Positions 1 to 7,149 of a DNA stretch of 29,364 nucleotides are shown piece by piece. Position 1 is the first letter of the stretch. Every line of letters begins with the position of its first letter. A program made the position numbers and the translations under genes. Where the stretch lies: the IMG/VR virus record IMGVR_UViG_3300049211_000012, positions 1-29,364 of that record; one strand, given 5' to 3'. The notes beneath the pieces are model-generated. The model had not been told where the DNA came from and did no database searches. It saw only the letters and a program-made list of their open reading frames with translations. Origin of the DNA: a virus. Taxonomy: Duplodnaviria > Caudoviricetes.

Positions 1-517
1 GGCCAGCGCCGCCCGTCTGGCCTGAGCCTGCGGAAGACGACAGGCCGTTGCAACCGCCGCCGCCGCCGCCGATATTGCCGTTGGAGTTCGCGCCGTTCTT
101 GCCGGCTCCGTCCGGACCGGCCGCTCCCCCACCCCCGCCGCCGCCCTGAGAGGTGGAGTTGCCGCCGTTGCCGCCGTTGTAGGCGTAGCTCGCGCCGGTG
201 GAGTTCGCGGCGAGGCCGCCGACGCCCCCGGTCGTGCCCGTCGGCTGCTTGCCGTAATCTGCCTCGACGAGGACCGTCGCGCCGCGCTTGATGCTGGTCT
301 TGGTGGTCCCGTTCTCGGTCCCGACCGTGATCGTCAGCGTCTCGCCGGGCGTGACGGCGATGCTGAGGTCGCCAGCCGCGGCGCCGGAGCCGCCGCCTGA
401 CCTCTGGTTGGTGGTCGAGCGGCCCCGCGCGCCATTGCCGAGGCAATGCCCCTCCAGCGTCGTGACGCCGGACGGGACGAGGAACGACCCCGATACGAGG
501 AAGAGTTGGGTCGTCAT
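1..517 (-). CDS. Glycine-rich fibre/adhesin protein, 3' end outside window
   Basis: Not in ORF track. ATG at 517 and open to the edge: MTTQLFLVSGSFLVPSGVTTLEGHCLGNGARG...VTPGETLTITVG...GGNGGNSTSQGGGGGGGAAG, typical of phage Gly-rich domains. Confidence 0.8.
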   Translation of the reverse strand, partial: MTTQLFLVSGSFLVPSGVTTLEGHCLGNGARGRSTTNQRSGGGSGAAAGDLSIAVTPGETLTITVGTENGTTKTSIKRGATVLVEADYGKQPTGTTGGVGGLAANSTGASYAYNGGNGGNSTSQGGGGGGGAAGPDGAGKNGANSNGNIGGGGGGCNGLSSSAGSGQTGGAG

Positions 518-538
518 GGCGAGCGGGTGGCGGGCGCC

Positions 539-712
539 TTAGAGTGCGCCCACCTTCTCGGCGATGCGCGCGTCGATCGCGGCTTCCTCGGCATCGCAGA
601 GATCGCGGAGCCGCCGAAGCGCCGCCTTGCGCACGGCCGCGTCCTCGTCATCGTGACGGGCGATGCTTTCGACGTGGCGCTGGGCGTAGCCGATTTTTTC
701 CGACAGGTTCAT
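539..712 (-). CDS. 57-aa helical hypothetical protein
   Basis: Not in ORF track. MNLSEKIGYAQRHVESIARHDDEDAAVRKAALRRLRDLCDAEEAAIDARIAEKVGAL fills the gap; starts 2 bp after the upstream stop. Confidence 0.7.
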   Translation of the reverse strand: MNLSEKIGYAQRHVESIARHDDEDAAVRKAALRRLRDLCDAEEAAIDARIAEKVGAL

Positions 713-714
713 GC

Positions 715-1137
715 TCAGTTGCCTTCGGTGATGTTGAAGGCGGTCACAGTGACCGCTTGGGCGTTGGCGATGTTCTTGTTGTCCAGCGTCATGTCCGTGC
801 TATCGGCGCTCTCGCCGGCCGTGAACTGCATGTGACTGGTGGTGCCGTCGCTGGCGTAGATGCGGCCGAAGGTGCAGTCCGTGCCCGCGCCCGCGCCAGA
901 CTGGCCGGTCAGCGTCCAAGTCCCGCTCTTGCCCTTCACGCCACTCGCGGCCGCGGACATGAAGTCGGACGGCAGCGTGCCTTCGGCGAGGAGCGTGTTG
1001 CCGGACAGAGCGGTGGTTTCGTTCGCCGGCGGCGTGCCGTTGTACAGCCGCAGGATCGGGGCCGTGCTGATCGTTGTCTCGATCGCGTCGAGCTTGGCGT
1101 TCCGCACAGTGTCGGACAGGAAAAAGCCAGAGGCCAT
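715..1137 (-). CDS. 140-aa virion structural protein, probable fibre/whisker subunit
   Basis: RNAKLDAI...LRLYNGTPP...LLAE...FGRIY..DG...V.VTAFNITEG pattern of small beta-rich phage fibre proteins; GAGGAAGG RBS. Confidence 0.7.
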   Translation of the reverse strand: MASGFFLSDTVRNAKLDAIETTISTAPILRLYNGTPPANETTALSGNTLLAEGTLPSDFMSAAASGVKGKSGTWTLTGQSGAGAGTDCTFGRIYASDGTTSHMQFTAGESADSTDMTLDNKNIANAQAVTVTAFNITEGN

Positions 1138-1194
1138 GGCGGGTCCTTCCTCGGCTCATCGCCGGACGGGTTTCAGGAGAGGGTCGAGGGGCGG

Positions 1195-2802
1195 CTAGAA
1201 GCCGTTGTGGTAGCGGAGCCAGGTGTCGATCTGGGCGCGCTGGGTGCTGTTCGGCGCGACCTTCACGCCGATGAACTCCGAGCACTTGCCGCCGAAGTTC
1301 GAGCCGTTCAGGGCCGAGCCGTTGCCGGAGGCGTCGGTCTGCGCCGTCGTGCCGATGACCATCGTCGCCAGGTCAGTCCCCGAGACCCCCCAGCGGGTCG
1401 GGCCCGCCACGGCGTTGGAGTTCTGCTGCACGTTGTTCTTGTAGGAGACGATGTTGGTCGCATCGAGCGTCGTCAGCAGCCGGTAGTTCGTCCCGGTGGT
1501 GATGTCGATATTCCCGCCAGCCCCAGCCAGTTGGAACGTGCGGAAGATGTCGGACGTGCTCGATCGGGCCATGACCGCCGCGCCGTTCGGGTCGGTGGTG
1601 TCGACCTTCGAGGCGTTGGAGGCGACGACGGAGATCAGCCGGCCGAAGCTGTCGGCGCCGGACGACATCTGGCAGACCGCCCAGAAGCCCATTGCGGCCG
1701 TGCCGCCGGTGGCGATCGCCTTGTTGCCGGTGATGAAGTAGTCGTCGACCGCATCGAAGGTGACGGACGGAAGCCCGTTCAGGCCGGCGGCCTCATAGGC
1801 CGGTGAGCCAGTCGGCGTGAGCGTGTAGCCGTTGCCGGACTGGTCGGGCCAAGAGGTCACGACGTTGGAGGTCTGGCTGAGCGCGTCGGCGCGATACCAG
1901 AAGACCAGATTGGAGCCGAAGATCGCGACCGGGTTCGGCGGGGCGGTGGCCTCGCCCGACAGGTCCGTCAGGCCGCAGCGCCACTCCTTGAAGATGACCT
2001 GCGTTTCGTAGGGCAGCGGGTCGTGGTACCAGCCGCCCTGACAGCGCGGACCTTGGGCGTCGTTATAACCCGTGGCGCCGGTGTAGCTGAAGAGCTGCGT
2101 GAGGCCGGCGCCCTGCCCCTCGTCGACCCAGCAGGTGTGCTCGCCGCCCGACGTGTAGTTCCAGATCGACTTGCAGAGGATCGTGTACTCACGGCCGCGC
2201 ACGAAGCTGCCGGTGGAGCCGAAGATGACATAGCCGGGGTCGTCGACCGTCGGGTTCTGGCTGGTGGTGCGTCCGCCGAACTCGATCCGGCTGGAACCGC
2301 CCTCGAAGACGTTGATCTGGAACGGCGACGGGCCCAGCGTGTCGCTGACGTCGGCGGTGTTCTTGTGCTGGAAGATCGCGTTGAAGCTGGCGCCCAGCGG
2401 CGGGCCCTTCGGCACCACGAACCGCAGGCGCATCCAGACCGGCGTGTCGAACGGCTGCGGGGTGAGCGAGACGATCTCGTTTCGGCTCACCGTGGCGGGG
2501 TTGTCACCGGCCGGGCCGATGTCCCCACTGCGCGTGGTCATCTGGATTGTCTTGCCGTCGGCCGAACGGCGCAGCACGTAGGCTTGGCAGCCCCGCGTGG
2601 CGTTCATGTTCGCCTGGACGTAGGTGTCGCCGTCGACGCGGACCGTGGGGACGAACCAGTTGGTCTTGTCGGGGCACGGGACGGGCAGCAGCGGGCTCGA
2701 TGAGACGACGGGGATCAGGGCGGTGGGGATGCCGCCGGCGACCGCAGGCGCAGCCGTCAGCAGGCCCGCGAGGGCCGCCAGGAAGGCAAGGAAGCGGCTC
2801 AT
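1195..2802 (-). CDS. Exported protein: signal peptide, polysaccharide-lyase-like jelly roll, LamG/ConA-like domain
   Basis: MSRFLAFLAALAGLLTAAPAVA signal; RNEI, IFQHK, CWVD, GATGY, GGWY motifs resemble the lyase fold; FWYRAD..VTSWPDQSGNG..GLNGLPSVTFD is LamG-like. Confidence 0.7.
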   Translation of the reverse strand: MSRFLAFLAALAGLLTAAPAVAGGIPTALIPVVSSSPLLPVPCPDKTNWFVPTVRVDGDTYVQANMNATRGCQAYVLRRSADGKTIQMTTRSGDIGPAGDNPATVSRNEIVSLTPQPFDTPVWMRLRFVVPKGPPLGASFNAIFQHKNTADVSDTLGPSPFQINVFEGGSSRIEFGGRTTSQNPTVDDPGYVIFGSTGSFVRGREYTILCKSIWNYTSGGEHTCWVDEGQGAGLTQLFSYTGATGYNDAQGPRCQGGWYHDPLPYETQVIFKEWRCGLTDLSGEATAPPNPVAIFGSNLVFWYRADALSQTSNVVTSWPDQSGNGYTLTPTGSPAYEAAGLNGLPSVTFDAVDDYFITGNKAIATGGTAAMGFWAVCQMSSGADSFGRLISVVASNASKVDTTDPNGAAVMARSSTSDIFRTFQLAGAGGNIDITTGTNYRLLTTLDATNIVSYKNNVQQNSNAVAGPTRWGVSGTDLATMVIGTTAQTDASGNGSALNGSNFGGKCSEFIGVKVAPNSTQRAQIDTWLRYHNGF

Positions 2803-3125
2803 GCGGCGTCACCCCCGCCAAGGCGCGCGCAGGCGTCAGCGGCGGCCTGAGCGGACGCAGCGGTCTTACTGGCGGCGCGGGCGGCGGTGCTGATGAGTTC
2901 CGGGCCGTCATCGCCCACCCAGCGCGCGGGCTGGGGCGCAGCGGCCGAGCCGGTCGCGTAGCCATCGGCGGACCAGGGAGCGGAGCGGCGAGCCTTGCGG
3001 ACGCGGTCGAAGTAAGCGTCAATCTCGGCTGGCGTGCTGAGGATTTCGCCAGTCCCGAGGGCGCTAGGCTGTGCGCGGAAAGCTGATCGCCGCGCGTACT
3101 TTCCGGCGTGGTAGGGTGTGCGCAT
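2799..3125 (-). CDS. 108-aa hypothetical protein carrying a tape-measure C-terminal-like motif
   Basis: ATG at 3125 (3' part of track ORF 2799..4397); fills the gap; stop overlaps next start (ATGA); GYATG..WVGDDGPEL. Confidence 0.55.
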   Translation of the reverse strand: MRTPYHAGKYARRSAFRAQPSALGTGEILSTPAEIDAYFDRVRKARRSAPWSADGYATGSAAAPQPARWVGDDGPELISTAARAASKTAASAQAAADACARLGGGDAA

Positions 3126-3136
3126 CTGACCAGCCG

Positions 3137-4423
3137 CTAGTTCGTCTGGATGAACTTGAGCCGGATCGTCAGCACTTCTGCCGACGTCGGCGTGTAGGCG
3201 TTCAGCACCTTGACCAAAGCCCGCAGGTTGGCCGTGCCCACCGCGGTGAACGGGCAGTTCAGGCCATCGCCCTGGAAGACGGAGTTGTTGGTGTCGCCGG
3301 TGGCCAGGGTGAAGCCGATCCGGCAGACCTGCTTGACCGCGTCCGCGTCGGAGGGGCTGAAGGCGGCGTTGTCGTTGATGGCGGTGACGGCCGAGTCGTA
3401 GATCACCACCTCGCCTTGAAGGTCGGTGGAGGCGTCGACGGAGCCGATGATGGTCGCGCCGGTGATGATGCCGGAGCCGCCGGAAATGCGAGCCGCCGAG
3501 GTGCAGGTCTCGCCGCCGGTCGTCGGCGCGGAGGTCGAGGTCGAGAGCGTGTCGTTCGCCGCGTAAACCGCGGTGTCCGACGGGCGGGTGATGGTGATGG
3601 TGCAGGTGCCGGCGAACCCGAAGGTGCCGCCGAGCGTGGCCGTGCCCGCAGGCAGCGCGGTGTCGATGGTGGCCGACGTCCATAGCCGGCCGGCGTTCAT
3701 CTGCAGGGTCTCGTAGTCGAGATCGGCGCCCGAGGTGTTGGCCGGAGTGGCGGTGCGGCGCGCCATCGCCAGCGTGCCGACATCGCCGTTGCCCGACGCC
3801 GCGTCCTCGGCGAACTGCGTCCCGCCGGAGCAGCCCGTGCCGCAGTTCACCCAGAGCCGGCCCAGCGCATCGGTGATCGGCGGCTGGTAGTCCCCATCCG
3901 TGCCGGCCGTCGCGGCTGCGCTGTCCTTGCGGACCGTCAGCGCCATGGTGCCGGTGTCGCCCGAGGCGTGGACCGCGTCCTCGTTGTACTGCGTGCCCCC
4001 GGAACAGCCGGAGCCGCAGTTCACCCACAGGCGTCCGGAACCGTCGGTGAGGAACGGCTGATAGTCGCCATCGGTCCCGGCTAGGGCGCTGGCAGTGTCC
4101 TTGCGAACCGAGAGACTGAAGGTTCCGACATCCGCCGTGACGTGCGCCGAATCCTCCGCGTAGTTGGAGGTGAGCCCAACCGTGCCGTTGATGTTGACGT
4201 TCGGCCGACCCGAGCTGTCCACCGACATGATCCGGTAGGCGGACCCGTCGTAGCCCTCCATGACGTGGCAGGGATGCTCGACCGCGCTCACCGTCTTCGT
4301 GCAGAAGGTGAAGTTCGAGCCGGAGGCGTTCTTTGAGGTCTGGTTGTCGGCCTGGGCCGGCGCGGCGAAGGCGAGCGCCACGCACGCAAACGCCCACGCT
4401 CCGAGGGACCGGAGGTGCTTCAT
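3137..4423 (-). CDS. Exported 428-aa repeat protein, probably virion-associated
   Basis: Signal peptide MKHLRSLGAWAFACVALAFAAPAQA; three ~58-aa repeats; GAAAGG RBS. Confidence 0.8.
   Translation of the reverse strand: MKHLRSLGAWAFACVALAFAAPAQADNQTSKNASGSNFTFCTKTVSAVEHPCHVMEGYDGSAYRIMSVDSSGRPNVNINGTVGLTSNYAEDSAHVTADVGTFSLSVRKDTASALAGTDGDYQPFLTDGSGRLWVNCGSGCSGGTQYNEDAVHASGDTGTMALTVRKDSAAATAGTDGDYQPPITDALGRLWVNCGTGCSGGTQFAEDAASGNGDVGTLAMARRTATPANTSGADLDYETLQMNAGRLWTSATIDTALPAGTATLGGTFGFAGTCTITITRPSDTAVYAANDTLSTSTSAPTTGGETCTSAARISGGSGIITGATIIGSVDASTDLQGEVVIYDSAVTAINDNAAFSPSDADAVKQVCRIGFTLATGDTNNSVFQGDGLNCPFTAVGTANLRALVKVLNAYTPTSAEVLTIRLKFIQTN
3673..4162 (-). repeat. About three intragenic tandem repeats with 174-bp (58-aa) period
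   Basis: ED.A..GD.GT....R....AGTDGDYQP..TD..GRLWVNCG.GCSGGTQ; cgcagttcaccca recurs at 3841 and 4015. Confidence 0.9.
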
Positions 4424-4490
4424 CAGATGATGCCTTTCGGGTGGTGGTCAGGCCGCGGCGAGCGCGGGCGTCAGGTCGGGCGCGGGCCCG

Positions 4491-5162
4491 TCAGAGGATC
4501 ACGTTGAACATCGGGTTCCCGTCCTCATCGAGGTTCGTGGAACCGAACGGCCCGCCAGGGCCAGCGCCGGCGCCGGTGCCGGAGTTCAGGAGTTCGAGCA
4601 CCACGACGCCGGGCGTCGATCCGCCGCTCGATGCGATGAAGTCGACGCCGTCGGTGTAGACGGCCGGCGACAGCAGGTCGTAGAGGGTCATGACGAAGCC
4701 GGCGCCGTTGGACGCGAATTGGCGCAGGGCCCCTCCCGTGGGCGTGGACAGCGAGGGCGTCGCGTTGCTGGTCAAGAACACCACCAGGCCGGAATGCCGC
4801 GCGTGCTTGACGAAGCCTGCGGCGGCCGCACCCTTGTCCGCATGTGTTCTGGGCTTGCGGTAGATGCCGAAGAGCCAGGGATAGGAGCCGCAGGTCAGGC
4901 CGGACGCGAGGTCCGCAGCCGACAGCCGCTTGCAGAGCGTCCGCACCGCGCCGGAACCGATCGTCCAGTTCCCATCGCCCCCGGAGATCGTCGCGCTGGA
5001 GGCTGGGCCGCAGCCGAAAGTGATGTAGTCGCCAACCTCCGCGCCGGAGAGGTTCAGCGAGGTGGTCTGGGCGGCTCCGTTCCGCTGGCCCCCGCCGACG
5101 TAGGTCGAGGGCAGGACGAAGGCGGCCCCCGTCAGCATCAGGGGCGGCGCAAAGGGGAACAT
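4491..5162 (-). CDS. Putative fibre tip / receptor-binding accessory protein
   Basis: MFPFAPPLM start, beta-rich, directly follows fibre gene. Confidence 0.6.
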   Translation of the reverse strand: MFPFAPPLMLTGAAFVLPSTYVGGGQRNGAAQTTSLNLSGAEVGDYITFGCGPASSATISGGDGNWTIGSGAVRTLCKRLSAADLASGLTCGSYPWLFGIYRKPRTHADKGAAAAGFVKHARHSGLVVFLTSNATPSLSTPTGGALRQFASNGAGFVMTLYDLLSPAVYTDGVDFIASSGGSTPGVVVLELLNSGTGAGAGPGGPFGSTNLDEDGNPMFNVIL

Positions 5163-5165
5163 CCG

Positions 5166-6053
5166 TCAGCCCTTGCGGTGGTTCGCGTGAATCTTGCCGG
5201 TGACCGAGGAGTAGGGCCCGGAGATGATGGTCACGGCGTTGGCGGTGGTGGTGATGTCGGGCGCGCCGGCGTCTCCCCAGGCGTCCCAGATACTGTCGAA
5301 CGTGATCACGTGCCCGCCCACCGCATCCATGATCAGCCAGATGGTGTAGACCATGCCGCTGCGGAGCACCGACGGCGCCGGCACGACCATGCCGCCAGTG
5401 ACATCGATGTAGATCGTGTAACCCTCGGTGAGCACCGGCCAAGCCGGCGAGGCCGAGTAGGTGACCAACTGATGGTCGGTCGCGCCGATCAGCGTCTCAG
5501 GGTCCAGGCTGACCCCGCCGGTGGCCGCATAGACGTCCGCCACGGCCGCGGCCGCCCGCCCCGCCTGGGTCGCCTTGGAGATCACCCAGTCGGCGCGGGT
5601 GGCGCCGAGGTTGGCGGTGGCGGCGTCGTCCATTTTGACGATCAGCGTGGTGCCGGAATAGCTGGTCACCCGGCCCGACATCCAGTGGGTGTCTGGGTTG
5701 GCGTCACTGGCGGCCAACAGGTACATGCCGTCGACGAAGGAGAGCGCTGCCCCGACGTTGTTGAAGGTCCGCGACGCGCTGGCGGTGATCGTCAGGCTGG
5801 TGGTCGAGGTCGTCTGCGTGCTGTCGGCGTCTTCGGCGGCGGAGGCAGAGGCGGCGGCCGCGGCGGCGGCGGCCGTGGCTGTTGCGGCGGCGGTCGAAGC
5901 CGTCGTCGCGTCCGAGTTCACCTGGGCGGCCGTCGAGTTGATCTCGGGCGGCAACGTCTCGGCGAGGTAGGGCAGCAGCGCGTCGGCCGCGGCGTCGAAG
6001 TTATCGGGGTCCTCAGTCGTCGGAACCGCGCCGGTGTAGAGCGTGACAGCCAT
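5166..6053 (-). CDS. Tail fibre protein
   Basis: PTTEDPDNFDAAADA N-terminus, Ala/Thr coiled segment, C-terminal G..YTIWLI.DA.GGH.ITF..W...AP.ITTTANAV fibre domain. Confidence 0.75.
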   Translation of the reverse strand: MAVTLYTGAVPTTEDPDNFDAAADALLPYLAETLPPEINSTAAQVNSDATTASTAAATATAAAAAAAASASAAEDADSTQTTSTTSLTITASASRTFNNVGAALSFVDGMYLLAASDANPDTHWMSGRVTSYSGTTLIVKMDDAATANLGATRADWVISKATQAGRAAAAVADVYAATGGVSLDPETLIGATDHQLVTYSASPAWPVLTEGYTIYIDVTGGMVVPAPSVLRSGMVYTIWLIMDAVGGHVITFDSIWDAWGDAGAPDITTTANAVTIISGPYSSVTGKIHANHRKG

Positions 6054-6057
6054 CGGT

Positions 6058-7149
6058 TCAGACCTCTTTGATCTCTAGGTCGAGGCTCGCGCTCTCGGGC
6101 TTGTCCAGGGTCGCGATGAACCGCGTGTGAGCCCCGATGCTCAGCAAGGGCTCGAAGTACCCGCTGTCGGCGTCGTCGATGCCGGACCACAGCGCGGGGA
6201 TCGCATTGAGCTGGCTGCGCACGTCCAGCACAGCCGGAAGGTTCGCCTTGGCGCACTCGACGTTGGCCTTGATCATCGGCACCATGCGGCGGCGAACCAT
6301 GGTGCTGTCGCCGAACTCGTCGTGCTCGATCGTCGAGAAGTTCTCGGCGTCGTTCTGCGTGTTGTGCAGGGTCTTGCCGAGATAGACGGAGCGCCCGATC
6401 AGCGCCGCGCCGCAGGAGACGTCGCCGCTCGCCCGCTCCAGCGTCAGCGAGATGACGCCGTCGCTGTAGAGCGGCAGGTCGAACCGCGCCTCGGCGGACT
6501 TGAAGCCGAAGGTGCCGAAGAAGTAGCCCGACCAGGTTGTGGTCCGGCGCCGGCTGAGGGTGATGGTCTGGCTGTAGATGGTGACGTCGTCGCGGGTCAC
6601 GTTGATGATCGCGCGGTCGGCTTGCAGCCCGGTCAGCCCGATGGTGTTCACCCGTCGGCCGGACGTGATGACCACGCTGAGCGGCGACGGCGAGACCGTC
6701 TTGGTGTTGCGCTTCAAGTCGAACATGCGCCAGGCGTTCGACGGGCGGACGAACCACTTGGTGCTGTCGGTCAGCGCGGCGCTGTTGCTGGCCTCCAGGC
6801 TCACATATTCGAGGTGGCTGGCCGCCACGAGGACGACGTCCCCGAGCCCGTAGGTCCCCGCACTCCACTCGACATAGGTCCGGCCGAGGAGCGTCCATTT
6901 CGTCGGCGAGCTCGCCGGCGTGTTGCCGATGTTGCCCGCCTCCAGCGAGACGTAGACGTCGCGCGCGGTTCCCGTGGCCACGCTGACCTGATCGTCGAGC
7001 GCGTAGGTGGCGCCTGCGGAATAGGCCGCCGGGGCGGCCTCCGGGACCGTCGTCGATGTCAGCATGTCCTCGTTGATCGACGCCAGCATCGGCTCGTCGG
7101 TGGACAGGGCGATCAGGTCGTCGACGTTGACCGACGGCGTGACGCGCAT
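6058..7149 (-). CDS. Distal/minor tail protein with two CBM5/12-like modules
   Basis: Start overlaps TMP stop; YSAGATYALDDQV..YVSL..N..P..KW and WSAGTYGLGDVV..YVSL..KW, then PSNAWRMFD. Confidence 0.7.
   Translation of the reverse strand: MRVTPSVNVDDLIALSTDEPMLASINEDMLTSTTVPEAAPAAYSAGATYALDDQVSVATGTARDVYVSLEAGNIGNTPASSPTKWTLLGRTYVEWSAGTYGLGDVVLVAASHLEYVSLEASNSAALTDSTKWFVRPSNAWRMFDLKRNTKTVSPSPLSVVITSGRRVNTIGLTGLQADRAIINVTRDDVTIYSQTITLSRRRTTTWSGYFFGTFGFKSAEARFDLPLYSDGVISLTLERASGDVSCGAALIGRSVYLGKTLHNTQNDAENFSTIEHDEFGDSTMVRRRMVPMIKANVECAKANLPAVLDVRSQLNAIPALWSGIDDADSGYFEPLLSIGAHTRFIATLDKPESASLDLEIKEV

Noticed and set aside
3673-4162. Possible DGR template/variable repeat pair or CRISPR array
   Set aside because: Repeats are in-frame protein repeats without an evident adenine-only mismatch pattern; no reverse transcriptase, cas gene or spacer structure in the window
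2799-4397. 532-aa minus-strand ORF in the track
   Set aside because: Mostly an alternate frame of 3137..4423; only the part from ATG 3125 is kept
4445-4495. Short imperfect repeats CTGACG..GCCCGCGC in an intergenic gap
   Set aside because: Too short and GC-rich to distinguish from chance
5835-5910. Poly-Ala run in the tail fibre gene
   Set aside because: Mixed codons; ordinary Ala-rich fibre coiled segment
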